Shown piece by piece: positions 52,093 to 63,858 of a DNA stretch of 64,000 bases. Source of the stretch: Pavona decussata (lineage: Eukaryota); contig CDRNST010000087.1 in NCBI GenBank assembly GCA_977016875.1, positions 1 to 64,000 of the forward strand, in the 5' to 3' direction. Position numbers and translations under genes: made by a program. Numbering within the stretch: position 1 is the first letter of the stretch; each line of letters starts with the position of its first letter. Below the pieces are notes generated by a model that was not told where the DNA came from, ran no database searches, and saw nothing but the letters and a program-made list of their open reading frames with translations.

Positions 52093-52740
52093 TTAAATAC
52101 TGATATGATCACCATGTGCTGCTTTGAGTTTCTTACGAACAGGATCACTTATGTTATTGTCATACAAATTCAAGATTGCCAGAGTATTATTATAACACAA
52201 CATTTTACAAATCTTATCAGCGCATTCACTGCCGAGCATTGTCAGACAAATCCAAGTCTGTCAGAGTAATATTTTGACACAACCCTTCACAAATCTTATC
52301 AGCACCTTCACTGTCGAGTTTATTGACAAACAATTTCAGGAATGTCAGAGTATTATTACAACGCAACATTTCACAGCTGATTTCACAAATCTTATCAGCG
52401 CATTTACTGTCGAGTTTATTAAGAGACAAATCCAAGTGTGTCAGAGTATTATTATGCAACAACCCTTCACAAATCCTATCAGCGCCTTCACTGTCGAGTT
52501 TATTGTCAGAGAAATACAAGACTGTCAGGGTACTATTATTACACAAAATTTCACAAATCTTATCAGCGCATTTACTGTCGAGTTTATTGCGAGACAAATT
52601 CAAGTCTGTCACAGTCGTGTTCTCAGTGACTATCTTAGCAATAATTGCTAAGGTACGGTAAGGGACGGTAGAAATTTAGGTTATGTTGAGTGTGATATAA
52701 TTATTATATCACACTCAACATAACCTAAATTTCTACCATC
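52093..52740 (-). pseudogene. Ribonuclease-inhibitor-type LRR array (28 aa / 84 bp units, alternating A/B), about 6 repeats
   Basis: TDLNLSRNKLDSKCADKICEIL / TVLYFSDNKLDSEGADRICEGL and so on. Continues after a frameshift to ...KKLKAAHGDHISI, TAA at 52093-52095. Confidence 0.88.
52664..52740. repeat. Palindrome with perfect 35-bp arms and 1-nt spacer (52667-52737); second palindrome at 52634-52652
   Basis: ggtagaaatttaggttatgttgagtgtgatataat-t-attatatcacactcaacataacctaaatttctacc and cttagcaat-a-attgctaag. Confidence 0.97.
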
Positions 52741-52903
52741 GGCATCTACCCTTTGAAGTCTCAGAGACTTGCCAAATGTACGTGCTAATCTAAATGAAAA
52801 TTACTACCTTCTTTTTTGCATTCCTTAATGCACTCCACTGCAACAAAAAACTTTGCTTTATCTTCGTCAATGTGAGCCGCCAAACTCTGGATAAGAGCCA
52901 TTG

Positions 52904-53246
52904 CCCGGGGGGGGGGGGGGGGGGGGGTTACTCCCTTATAAGAGGCTAATGGGGATGTGCCGCTGGATGGGGTCGCATTTTCACGACTGGATTGACTAGA
53001 ATGGGGTTGCATTTTCAGTAGAGTTACTAGAATGGGGTCGCACATTTTCGGATTTTTGGGGTAAGAAAAAAAAAAATAGAAAGTGACTTAGTTGGGATCG
53101 CGAAAATTACATGTTCCCAAAAAGTGACTAAGATGGGGTCTATAACTGGCCACAAAAAAAGACTATAATGGGGCAGGGGCTCTGAGAGGCCAGCGGCACA
53201 TACCCAGCAAAACTGAACCCAAGTATCCCCCCCCCCCCCCCCCGGG
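52904..53246. mobile_element. 343-bp MITE with CCCGGG(G)n termini inserted in the NACHT exon
   Basis: Perfect direct repeat agccattg at 52896-52903 and 53247-53254 (could be read as 10 bp, gagccattgc). Removal restores EEKAMA-LIQSLAAH. Confidence 0.93.
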
Positions 53247-54562
53247 AGCCATTGCTTTTTCTTCGGACGCTTCTGCCAGTATGCCGCATGTGAACAGCAA
53301 CACTTGTTTCAGGTCAGCATGCCAAGAGAAATATCTCGCATCAGCAGCTAAATCTTCAGGACTCATTTCTCCACTCCGAAGCTGGCAACAGAGATAGAAT
53401 GCAGCAAAATGTTCCTGAAAGGATTTGCGCATGAAGGCGTAATAGAGACATGGTCTTCGTCTGTTCCTTCCATGCTGAACTGACAGAAACCCGAAAGCAG
53501 GTAAGTCACTTTCATGACTCCCAAGTTGATGTTTCTCAAAGTACATCATCTGTTGGAAAAGACCCTCCAAAGCTATCGAGCCAAGGTGTTTTAGCTGTTG
53601 TTCGTACACCTTTGTAGGATTTTGGCCGGTTTCCAGTGTCAAGTTCTTCTTTTCGGTGTATCTTGTGAGGACATACTCCACTATATCCGTGTACAGTGTA
53701 GTTTTCTTTTCCGGAAGGATGCCATCCGAGTATTCGCAAAGAAGACAGAGGAGAGCAGTGTTCAGGGGATTGGCAATCAGTTCTTCTAGGCTTTTATCTT
53801 CCTCCAGTCGATTTGAGTGCGTTTGTGCCATTTTCTCTCCCTCCTTTCCCTTGGCTTTGAAATATTTCCAGATGAAGTTACAGGCATCAGATTTAGTGAA
53901 TCCCACGATCTCCAGGAGAGTGTCACAGGATTTTCTCGCCTTTATCCCAGCCTCGTGCCGAGCTGTAACCACAAGATGACATTGAGAAAAAATTGCACTC
54001 CTACCCTGAATGAGCTCCTCTGCCTCTGACCATCTCTCGTTCGGCAGCTCGTCCAATCCATCCAGAACTACAAGTACGGCCGATTGATGATGTTTGATCC
54101 ATTTAAAGAAATCTTCTTTGTCTTCTTCATCAACATCAGAAGGGAGAATCTGCTCGCAGATGTCCTTATGGAGGTTTGAATCGGAAGACATGTCGCGACA
54201 TCTAAGCAATAGCACCATTTTAAAATTCGGAAAACAATCTCCCGCTTCAGGTGCCATTGAGGCCCAGTCGTAGGCAAGCTTGTTGCAGTAGGTAGTCTTG
54301 CCCATACCAGGATCTCCCTCAATTAAAACCTTTTTCGGATTCTCGCATCCTTCGTGCGGTTGAAAGATGTTGGACATGTCGACCATTTTGTCGGTCAAAG
54401 ATCCTCTCGTCTTCTCCCTGCCGACCATTCTGAGCCTGGTGAAGATGTCACTAAGGCGAAAATTAAATTCACCTTCGCACCAAGGGAAGAGTGCAAGACA
54501 TCCTTCACGGGTGTCGTACAATCCGCGTAGTTGGTCAATAACCTCAGCAAGATCAAAATCAT
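53247..54562 (-). CDS. NACHT NTPase domain of the NLR
   Basis: Walker A GDPGMGKT, Walker B VLVVLDGLDE, VVTAR, LEIVGF, NPLNTALLC, winged helix YAFMRKSFQEHFAAFYL. Acceptor TTTCAG before 54562. Confidence 0.93.
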
Positions 54563-55033
54563 CTGAAAGTTAAAGGCATAATTTGTAAACAATCCCCTCT
54601 AGAGTCTTCATAACTGGAACATGCGTGAGCAAACTAAAGGCACAGAGGTTGTGGAAAAAACAAAAGGAATTTTGGACAAAAAAGGATTGTTTTCAAAGTT
54701 AACCCAAACCACCGCAAAAAACTGATCCCTCCAAATTTATATATCACAATAATAAACAGAAACATTAATTTGAGCGTATTTTTCATTTTAAAGAAAAATT
54801 CGTTCAAATCATTGTACAAACACTTGTTCTTTTTTTAAAAATATTGGTAATTGATTTTCTGTGGTGTAGTAAATTGTTATGGAATAGAATTTACAGCCTG
54901 CCTTGAGTCGCTTGGGACGGGGATTGACAGTTCATCCCCCACATAGGTATATGCTGCAAAGGGTGTGGGTTCTTTTTCTTTTTGAAGGGGGGGGGGGGGG
55001 GGCATTTTTGTGTGAAAAGGGTCTACATTACCA

Positions 55034-55175
55034 TAGCCTGCGTAGCTGGCGGTATTGTAGGTGTGTGTGAGTCCCCCACCCCATTCTCCTTGTGGCTTCG
55101 CCGCTTGCTTCTAGCGGCTCTGCCGCCAAAACTTTATTTCGCGCGCGCTTACAATACCGCCAGTTACGCAGGCTA
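55034..55175. mobile_element. 142-bp MITE with TAG...CTA termini and 9-bp target duplication
   Basis: tagcctgcgtagctggcggtattgta / tacaataccgccagttacgcaggcta; acattacca at 55025-55033 and 55176-55184. Confidence 0.9.
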
Positions 55176-57804
55176 ACATTACCAGTGAAAAGAAACCTTC
55201 ACTTTTGAAATAAATTAACATTAACTTGCTGAAAATACAATCTAATTTCAAATTTCATTGGAAAACATGGAAATAATATTTTTGTTTCATGTCGGACAAA
55301 ACAGAATTGGATTATCACCCATTTTTCATTTTAAATTTCCCGGGCGCCGCCATCTGCTTACAGATAAAAGCAGCAACCGTATGACGTCATGAAATCTAAA
55401 ATGGCGGCACCCAGGAAATTTTATCTTTTTAGCGCAGCCCTCATTACAGTTCGACTATATGCTCGAACCAGGCCGCTTGAAACAAAGTGAAAGGGGAAGT
55501 ATCATTGGGTTTTTGATATCTTTTGTTAAAAATGATGAAATAAGACCTTCAATCACCTGCCAAATAATTCTAGAATGACGAGAGGAACGAAATCAACTCA
55601 ATTCTTGAAAGAAACAGCTTGTGATCTGTTCTAGCGCATTTTGGAAACAAACATGTGAGAAATTGAAAAACATTAGCCTAATATTTTTCAAGTTTCAATC
55701 CAAACCGGCCTACTCTGTCTCTGGCCAAAGGCACAAATCGACAGTTTTATTGCACTGGGGTGATAATGTTCAACAAACTTGACAATTATTTCGTTGTTTC
55801 TGCTGACAGTCAAACATTTTTGGGTTTTGAAATGACAGCAAATTTTCGTGATTCTTCCCCTTTAACCAATCACTTTGCTTTCCGAAAACAAAGAATGATG
55901 TTGGCAAACGGACCAATAAGATTCAGGTAGTTAAACAATACATCTGCAACAAAGTTTGAAATAACCGTGAACTTGGAGACCCCTCAGGAAACTGTCTCAT
56001 TTTCTGATTGGTCAGTGCGAGTCTCCTCTTCACTTGAACGTTTTTCTTTACAGACTTTTTCGAGTTTGACTATACTTCTTAGGTTTTTGGTGGTCTTATT
56101 TGACAGACATTCAACTTAGAGTAAACAGAGATGGAGGAATTTTTGGTGACGGTCACTGACATTCCCAACTTCTGCAAGAGCATGTGCTGGATTTGCACTG
56201 TGTAGGGCTGAGTCGGCAATTGATCGCCACAGAAAGAAAAACTAGTCGCCACCTTGTGCCAAACGTTTTCACAGGTTGTAATATCAACAATTCCACAATC
56301 AAGAGCTCAAACATCAAAATTTACATGTAGGAATGGTTCGGTTCAGTTCAAAGTCATGCATATGTAAACTATTGCAAAGATACATTTTCAGTGAGAGTAG
56401 TTTGATGATTCACGTTGTGTTCAAATGTTTTGAGTAACAGTCAAATGAGAGACAAAGCCCAAGCAATTATCAGAAATTATTGAATTTGGAATGTTACAGT
56501 TGTGTGGAGCTTGCTTCGAACACTTCATCACATGCATGCTTTTACGATTTTAGAAAACCAGTTAGTCGAGAACCGCGTTGTCAGGTTGCAACATCGAACC
56601 AATTGACAGTGGGAAAAATTTGGGATCGAAACTGCTCAATCAAAAAACTGCACAGTTTACAGCGAGGTCCGCATGTTCAAGTCGGGTAAAATTTATTAGC
56701 GAATGTTTTGTCGAGACACTGCAGTGTTATTGGTCTATTTACCAACAACTTTCAGATCCTTTGTTGTCTGAAAACATTGTGATTGGTTGGCTTCCTACCA
56801 AGTGGCTCGGTTCGAGTGGTCAGACTGTAAATAAATCAACATCTATTTGATGTGTTTTATTTACAATCAGTCTACGCAATGCATGACTGAAATTTCCGAG
56901 AATGAAATGAACTGTCAAATTCCTCTTAATGTAATATTAATATCTGGCATTTGAATGGAATCTTGAAGATTTTTCTGGAATCTTTCCAAAAAAGATGCAG
57001 TAAGTTTAAAAACAAATCAAAAATACTTCGGAAACAATTAATAATTATTGTGATTTTTGAAATACTTAATGCTGTAATTAATGTCAGTGAAGAAAAATTC
57101 ACAGCTTTATACTGTCAATAAAAAAGGGAAATTTCTACACAAATTCTGAAATCTCGCTGGCAATGTTCAAAACTGACATGCAAATTTCAAAACTCCCTTT
57201 AAATTTGAAAAATACTGGACATGCGTGCTGTAGATTGACTGAAACTTAAAACTTAGATTTTCGATAATAATATTAACAGTTAAAACAACCAAAAGCAATG
57301 TATCAATCGTAAGAAAATTTCACGATTACTCTACTCCTAATAGGCCATTGTGATGCAGACACTACTAACACATTTGAACTGCACTGTAGTTTCATCTGAT
57401 TCAGCAGAAACCCAAGATAATCTGTAACTAAGCTAAAGTAGATAAAAGACCCTTAAAGTTATCAGAACAACTTGCAGGTGCAAAAAGAAGGTTTGAAATG
57501 GATTTGAACCCCTTGACCTCAGCATTACCAATGCAGTGCTCTACCATTTGAGCTGACAAGCCAACTGGGAGCTGGTCACTTTGTGAGATCATAAAATTCC
57601 CATTCAAGATCATAAGATTGAATTTATGGAACGACCATCAAGCCTAAATGTTTTTCACGCTTTCTCCCTGAAACTACTTTTAAAACTTTTATCTGAAACT
57701 GCAATGGGTTTTCATCTAATGATAAAATTTGACCCTATGCATTACTTTCAACAAACAAAAGAATAATGAGAGAGGATCACACCTTTTCCAACAATATAAC
57801 TGAC

Positions 57805-57993
57805 CTTGATAAGGGCGAGGCCATCCTTGAAAAACATAGGGATCACATAAAATATTTGCCACAAGGGAAGCTGCCATGGTACTTGCAAAAGACTTCCAGT
57901 CATCGCTTACAGGCTGACTGAGACCTCTGTCAATGGCCACACCTTCCACTAACAGCCACTCCATCTTACCATCATGGGCTGCTGCAAAAATAT
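57805..57993 (-). CDS. NLR exon: C-terminal half of PNP/MTA-SAH nucleosidase-like domain
   Basis: DIFAAAHDGKMEWLLVEGV...DDWKSFASTMAASLVANIL; CAG acceptor, G|GTCAGT donor, phase 1-1. Confidence 0.8.
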
Positions 57994-58860
57994 CTGTCAT
58001 AAAGAGGAAACAGGTTCACGTCATTGCTCCAACTTAACATTGCTCCTGTCCTTACATTGCTCCTGTCCTTACAAAAACTTTGGAGGATAGATCTGGCTGG
58101 CTTATTACTTTACACCTTTACTCAATTCAAAAAGTGGAACACAGGAGAGGGTGCGGAGAGATCAAGAAAGGATAGCCTGCAAAGGAAGTGTTTCCGTGGA
58201 GTTTTCAGCAAAAAAGGCCGATTTTTGTATTCTGGATGCATGCGAAATGAGGTTAGAGAAAACAAAAAAAGGGGGGAGAGGGTCCGAGGAGAGATGCTTT
58301 TCCCATCCTTCTTGTTTTTCACTTTAGCTCATCCTAATTCCGGCCGGTAAAACAGAGACAAATGCACAAATGGAAACGCTTGCAGCACAGGCTAAGGAAA
58401 GGAGGGAGGCCAACTCTGTTGAGGTGACTAAGTCTAGTTCAGGGACCAGTTTCTGTCCAATCTGAGGATGGCAGCCTAGGTATTTTGCCAAAAACTGAAT
58501 GCCAAGCACCAAACGCCAAATCCATAGAGGTCGTATAATGTCAAGCTTCTGCCATAACAATAACTGAAAGCTCACTGTCTGTATCATCAGTACTTCAACC
58601 TAAATAGCACGAAGAAGTGCTTAAACCTAAATCATATCAACCCTAAAAACCTCAATACTAAGCTGCTGTAGCTGGTGTAAAATGCCACCTTCAGTATTTG
58701 GCATTCTGTAAAATACCCCTGAAGATCTGAGGATTATTTCTGATCCTGTGATTATTTGCGGTCCAATTTGGCGGTCATTTGCTGGCCTGTACAAGAAACC
58801 TTCTAAAAGGGAAGATTGTATAACCTACAGGTGCCTGAACTTGAACCACCAACTGAGCTA

Positions 58861-59295
58861 CAGTAATAGCCCACGTATAAGAACCTGAATTTTTCAATTT
58901 AGCCTAAATAGGTTCTTATATAAATGGTTCTTGAAGCAAATTTAGGCTACCAAGGTTCTTAAAATAGGTTCTTATATTTCCATATCAATTTGATCTGAAT
59001 ATACTATAATATATATTATAAATATCATCTCATAATACAGTATAATGGCAAACACAATAGACATACAACATGGTACTTAAGCTTGAAAGAAAAAAAAGTT
59101 ATGTCAAGTTACTTTTAAATAGTTGGCGATCTTAATTCAGCAGTTTCTACCTATACACTTTCACAGCAACCCCACTGATAAGACCCTAACTTAAAATTTT
59201 AGCCTAAATAGGTTCTTATGTGGAGGGGGCTTAAAATGAAAATTTTAGCCTAACAGGTTCTTAAAACCCAGATTCTTATACGAGGGCTATTACTG
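58861..59295. mobile_element. Tc1/mariner(pogo)-type MITE, TA duplication
   Basis: TA-cagtaatagcccacgtataagaacctg ... cagattcttatacgagggctattactg-TA (25/27 match). Confidence 0.88.
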
Positions 59296-59426
59296 TATCA
59301 AGAAAACTGGGAGCTCGTCATATATTTGTATGTCATACCCGAGAAGGATGAATTAATGAATATGAATATAGTAATTAATAATTTTATTTGAGCTGTGGAT
59401 AAAAATGTAAAAAGAAGAAAGATCCT

Positions 59427-59738
59427 ATTCTCCTACTTAGCTGCCAAACTTTTTAATAGTCTTAGCCCAGCAATCAAGACCTCAAAATTTAATTAATAAC
59501 ATTCGTGCCTTCACCACCAATTATTCAATGGAGTCAAGATATTAATGTAAACTGTATTTGAAACCTTTTCTCATTATGAATTTATATATTTTAGTTGATT
59601 CATTATAACTGTATGTATAACCTAGTAGTTTCTAATATTACAACATAGTAGTTTCTGATGTTATCCAGTTCATTGTAGAATATCTGCACAGCTTCAATGT
59701 AAATAAGTGTTAACTTTTTAATTCTGTGCTTAATAAAG

Positions 59739-59799
<61 letters not shown>

Positions 59800-59800
59800 G
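59427..59800 (+). mobile_element. LINE 3' fragment with (TTA)n tail
   Basis: AATAAA then (tta)n at ~59741-59799. Splits aagaaagatcct|cacagtt of the tRNA-derived repeat, with tcct duplicated. Confidence 0.65.
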
Positions 59801-59954
59801 TCCTCACAGTTATTTACGCAACTTAAACAGTTGCGAAAAGAAATCCTGGAAAAAATTCAGGCTTAAATTTAATCTTTCATCCACAGTTCACAATATGACA
59901 AGCTCTCAGTCGGGTTGATAGCTCAGAAAAGATACTTGATGAAAGTTAACTTAA

Positions 59955-60609
59955 GGTGGCTTACTACAGCTTTGAGTAAAAATAAATTTCTTAATGTGCG
60001 GGTGTCAAGTAAGCAATTGCACGAGTGATCAGGAAAACAAGCAAGCAGTTTGTAATTTGTGCCCACACAAGTGAATGCAGAAGTGCCCATGCTGAAAATG
60101 GAGGTCATACCGAAACGTTTTTCAATCATAAATTTCTCCAAATCTAGCTGACTAACTATGCTCAATTTTTGATATTTTTAAATATACATCAACATCGATC
60201 TTCACATGATTGCTTTACAAAATCTGTAAGACAGATTTAAAGATATTTTTCAAAAATTCCCATTTGTGACATTTTCGTTGATATGCAAAAACATCTCTTA
60301 CAGATTTTTGTTTTAACTTGTAAGAAAGTTTATTTGGATCCAAAGTTTTAAATGGTAGGTTTTTGAGTTGGGGTTGTACGGGGTGACTATTGGGTAAAAC
60401 GTTTCCAAAGAATTAGAGCCCAATCCTCTGATGGCCACACGGCCACTTGTTTTGAGCCACTTCAAGCAAGAGCATGGTAAAATAACAAACACCCACTGTC
60501 ATTTATGATGGTTTTGACATTGCATTTGTTATTTGTTCCTTCACAATGAGTACCAGTGATCATATTATTGAAAGGATCTGGTGACCGTGAACCGTAGTAT
60601 TTAGTCACC
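59955..60609. mobile_element. MITE with TTAA target duplication (Kolobok-like)
   Basis: ttaa-ggtggcttactac ... gtatttagtcacc-ttaa. Confidence 0.6.
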
Positions 60610-61076
60610 TTAATTTTTTTTAGTTAAACAATATTTGAACACAACATTTGCTCTAAGGGCAACTAAGTGCTCATCGAGAGAGCTTACGTCGGATCAACTA
60701 ACCCGCATAAACACACAGCAGAGATGGACTAATTCACAGGGCTAACACGAGTACAAGTTAAAAAAAGAAAACTACAAAGCTTATAAACTAAGGAAAACGA
60801 GATGAACGGGAAATAAATTACTGAACTTGCTTGAATAAAAGAACATTCGACTGAAATTGCAAATCCAGAGAACCAAACAGAAAGCATTTCAAGTTTAAGT
60901 ATGTTACTATTGATTTCTGGCTCTGTTGACATCCAAACCCGGGTCCTTTTAATCTGAACCTTTCTGTAGCTCACCTAAATGCCAGAAGTGGACTGGCGCA
61001 AATAATAGCAACCTTAATGCGAGGCTCAGAGTAGCATTCTGATCGACTAGCACTAATGATAACTAAACTGACTTAC

Positions 61077-61676
61077 CTTCGCCTTCCTCGCTAAGCACAT
61101 CGGCATCACAATGTACTCGCACTTGCCATTCAGCTGGGTTTTCCAAAGGAGCTTTCCATCCTTCAGATGCATGTCTGATGAGCTTGCCGAAATTTCTGCT
61201 CACGGGGGTTCTAAAGTCAGGGGTTGTCAACTTAGAAGACACCAGTATGTCTCCGATTTTGATATTTTCAGAATTTAAACCATCGCAGGTGCCCACAGAA
61301 ATCACAGCCTTGGGCAACAAGACCCTGCTAGCATTTGTTACATCAGGTAAAGCACCACCTGGAACTACAGAACGTTTTGAGCATTTTATCAATGCAATCT
61401 TAAGCTTCTCATGGTCACCACTACCAATCGCTCCAAAGTAGACTGGACCAATGTCTTTGTGGTAAGTCTTGAAAGGCTCGTCGAGATAGAAATAACAGCT
61501 TAAAAACTCACAGTCATCCACAGTCACTAAAAGAATTTCTATCGGGAGTTGAACTTTGCTCCAAGCTATGGAAGTGTTAGGAAGATCGCTCATCTTGGGA
61601 AACTTAAAACAGAGTTGCGGTGGCTTGCCATTGCAATCATCAGAGCTGTCTTCTCTATTTTCTTTAATTTTGGTTC
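61077..61676 (-). CDS. NLR exon: N-terminal half of PNP_UDP (nucleoside phosphorylase/nucleosidase-like) domain
   Basis: IEILLVTVDDCEF...IALIKC...LLPKAVISVGTCDGL..IKIGDILVSSKL. Polypyrimidine-TAG acceptor, G|GTAAGT donor. Confidence 0.85.
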
Positions 61677-63858
61677 CTAGAAAAGAAAAAAGAAAGAGAA
61701 CAGCAAAGATCAATATTGAAGAAAAACAAACTAAAGTTTTAGACTTGTAAATGGCTTGGGCTTTCAATTAAAGGTAACTGGCAATACTGGCTGTTAAAAG
61801 CAGCCACTTCTACAAATATATTTTCAATTGGTGAAAAAGGAGAAGTTTTACCAGTATGTTATTGCAAGAAAGTGCTCTGCACTTTTACAAAAATATTTGT
61901 AAAAAAGCTTTTTACAAAAAAATTTAGGAAAACAAAAAAAAAGCTGCCTTTTACCAAAATTATTATAATTCTTGTAAAAAGGAACGTTTTTAACTGGTGA
62001 ATGCACACATGTGTAATGAACAAGTCATAGCGATGGGTGGGGTTTTCACTTGGTTAGTGGGTTGTCAACTTTCAAGCATGCACAGTGAATGAGTGATCGT
62101 AATGTAGCGGAATTTCACTCTGGCGCAGGTCGAAATTAGCGAATTTTGCCTTTTCAGAAAAGAAACACACCTCTTGGAAATGGTGAATCGAAAGCGGAAC
62201 TTCTAAGGGATGCTCGACGGTTTTAACAGTGAAAATCAAGCATTAACGGCAAAGAAATCTTTGTTTGATTTGTGGTTTTATTAGCCCAATGAGCGGGCGG
62301 ATCTCACATCAACTTTTAATCCGCGGAGTTCCTTGGTAATGTTTCAGTGTTTCTGGAAGACAACACACAAATAATTACAGGTTTGACTGTGAATGTGTAT
62401 CAAAATACTATTTTAATAGACCGATTTTCCGTATTCCGAACAGTTTTTGCAAAATGTTTGAAAAAATGTTTGAAAAATTTCTGTAAACCTACCATGATGC
62501 TCAGCTGTCGACATTTTCAAAAAAGTGTCCACTTGCTCACTGGTGTCTCCTGTTTCACCCCTTTTCACTAATTCCTGGTCATCTCCAATTTGATCTGAGG
62601 AAACAAAAATTCATTATGTACATGTACTCCTATCAGTCCACAATTACAAAGGGAAACTTACACATCTATTCTGATTTACATGCTTTTCAAAACGCTCAGT
62701 GTAATTGCAGCCATCTTATAATAAGCAGGTCTTACGAGACAGAGGGCAGAGGTCTTGTAAAGTTCATTTAACCACAAGACTGATTTTACAGTGGAGCAAG
62801 TTTCATGATTCTTTTGTAGTCATGGAAACCAGCGTTTTTTGCATGACTGGTCAGCTTTACAGAAGCGAGGGCTGCTAAAAATATCTGCTGAACTAAGAGG
62901 CTGATTTTAACTGAAAGCTATAATGTTCGTAAAAATTGGATATCCGGAGGGTTGCTTTTTTTTTGGTTGCAGTGACAAGTTTCATTTCAATAGATCAAGT
63001 TTATGGAATGCAAACACAAGCCAGGAAAATTGTCAAGCTGAAACAATTAAGGGTTTCAAGTTCTTATCAGTTCCTTTGAGTTCCAACGACACTGTCATGT
63101 GCAGCATGAATTGAATAGAAATCCCTAGTGTGGTACATGATAGATAACTTTAATGCACAGTGAGTTCAGAAAAATGTGATTTTCTCACGATCGCTGTTTG
63201 ATTTTTTCTGCATGTAAATTATAGTCTGTTGATTGTGTGCTGTCAAAGTGATGGAAATTATAGCTAGAGTTGTGACAAGCTCACAATTTCAATTAACTGC
63301 CTAGAACGTTGCTAGAGGTAAAGAGCAAGCTACAACTCCTCACAGGTTTGCCTTCTTTTGAAACATCCTACTCTACTCTCATGTGTGTTCAAACAATACT
63401 GTTTTTAAGATTTTGTCCTTATTTAGAGAGACAGGAGACACTCATCTACTTGCAGGGTGGAAACTAAAATAATGTAAAAACACTTTTTAATCAAACTATT
63501 CAACTGATAATTACGTATATCTAAAACTTTTTGCCTTCAATGACATCAGTGGTTCCAAACACTCAAGACAATACAAGCGCGAGGCCGCACTTCATCTGTT
63601 TCTGGGCGTTAAGAATTCCTTCTGAAGCACTCACCCTGTGATGTTCTTTTGGGTTTTCTCGTCAGAAATTAATCGGCAGATTCTCAATTGATCAAGGACA
63701 GTTGTTAACAGAAATAGTAGCCCACTATTATGGCACACGTATGTCATGGATTTTGGTATCAGCCCATCCTTAATTTAACAGGTGTGTAAATGTCAATTGA
63801 AGTGACAGGAGACAAATCTGATTAGCTGGCATTGTTTGATACATGTATCTTCCTCTAC

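Noticed and set aside
52100-52660. CRISPR-like array, or plus-strand ORFs 52274-52651 and 52323-52661
   Set aside because: Periodicity is the 84-bp LRR coding repeat; the antisense frames stay open because of the repetition.
53163-53246. Gly-rich native C-terminus of the NACHT protein
   Set aside because: It is read-through into the MITE poly-G terminus.
61677-61767. Hydrophobic N-terminal signal on the PNP ORF
   Set aside because: It is the translated polypyrimidine tract upstream of the splice acceptor.
63635-63769. Extra exon between OTU and PNP
   Set aside because: A donor-like GTGAGT exists, but the phase-1 frame hits TAA after 13 codons.
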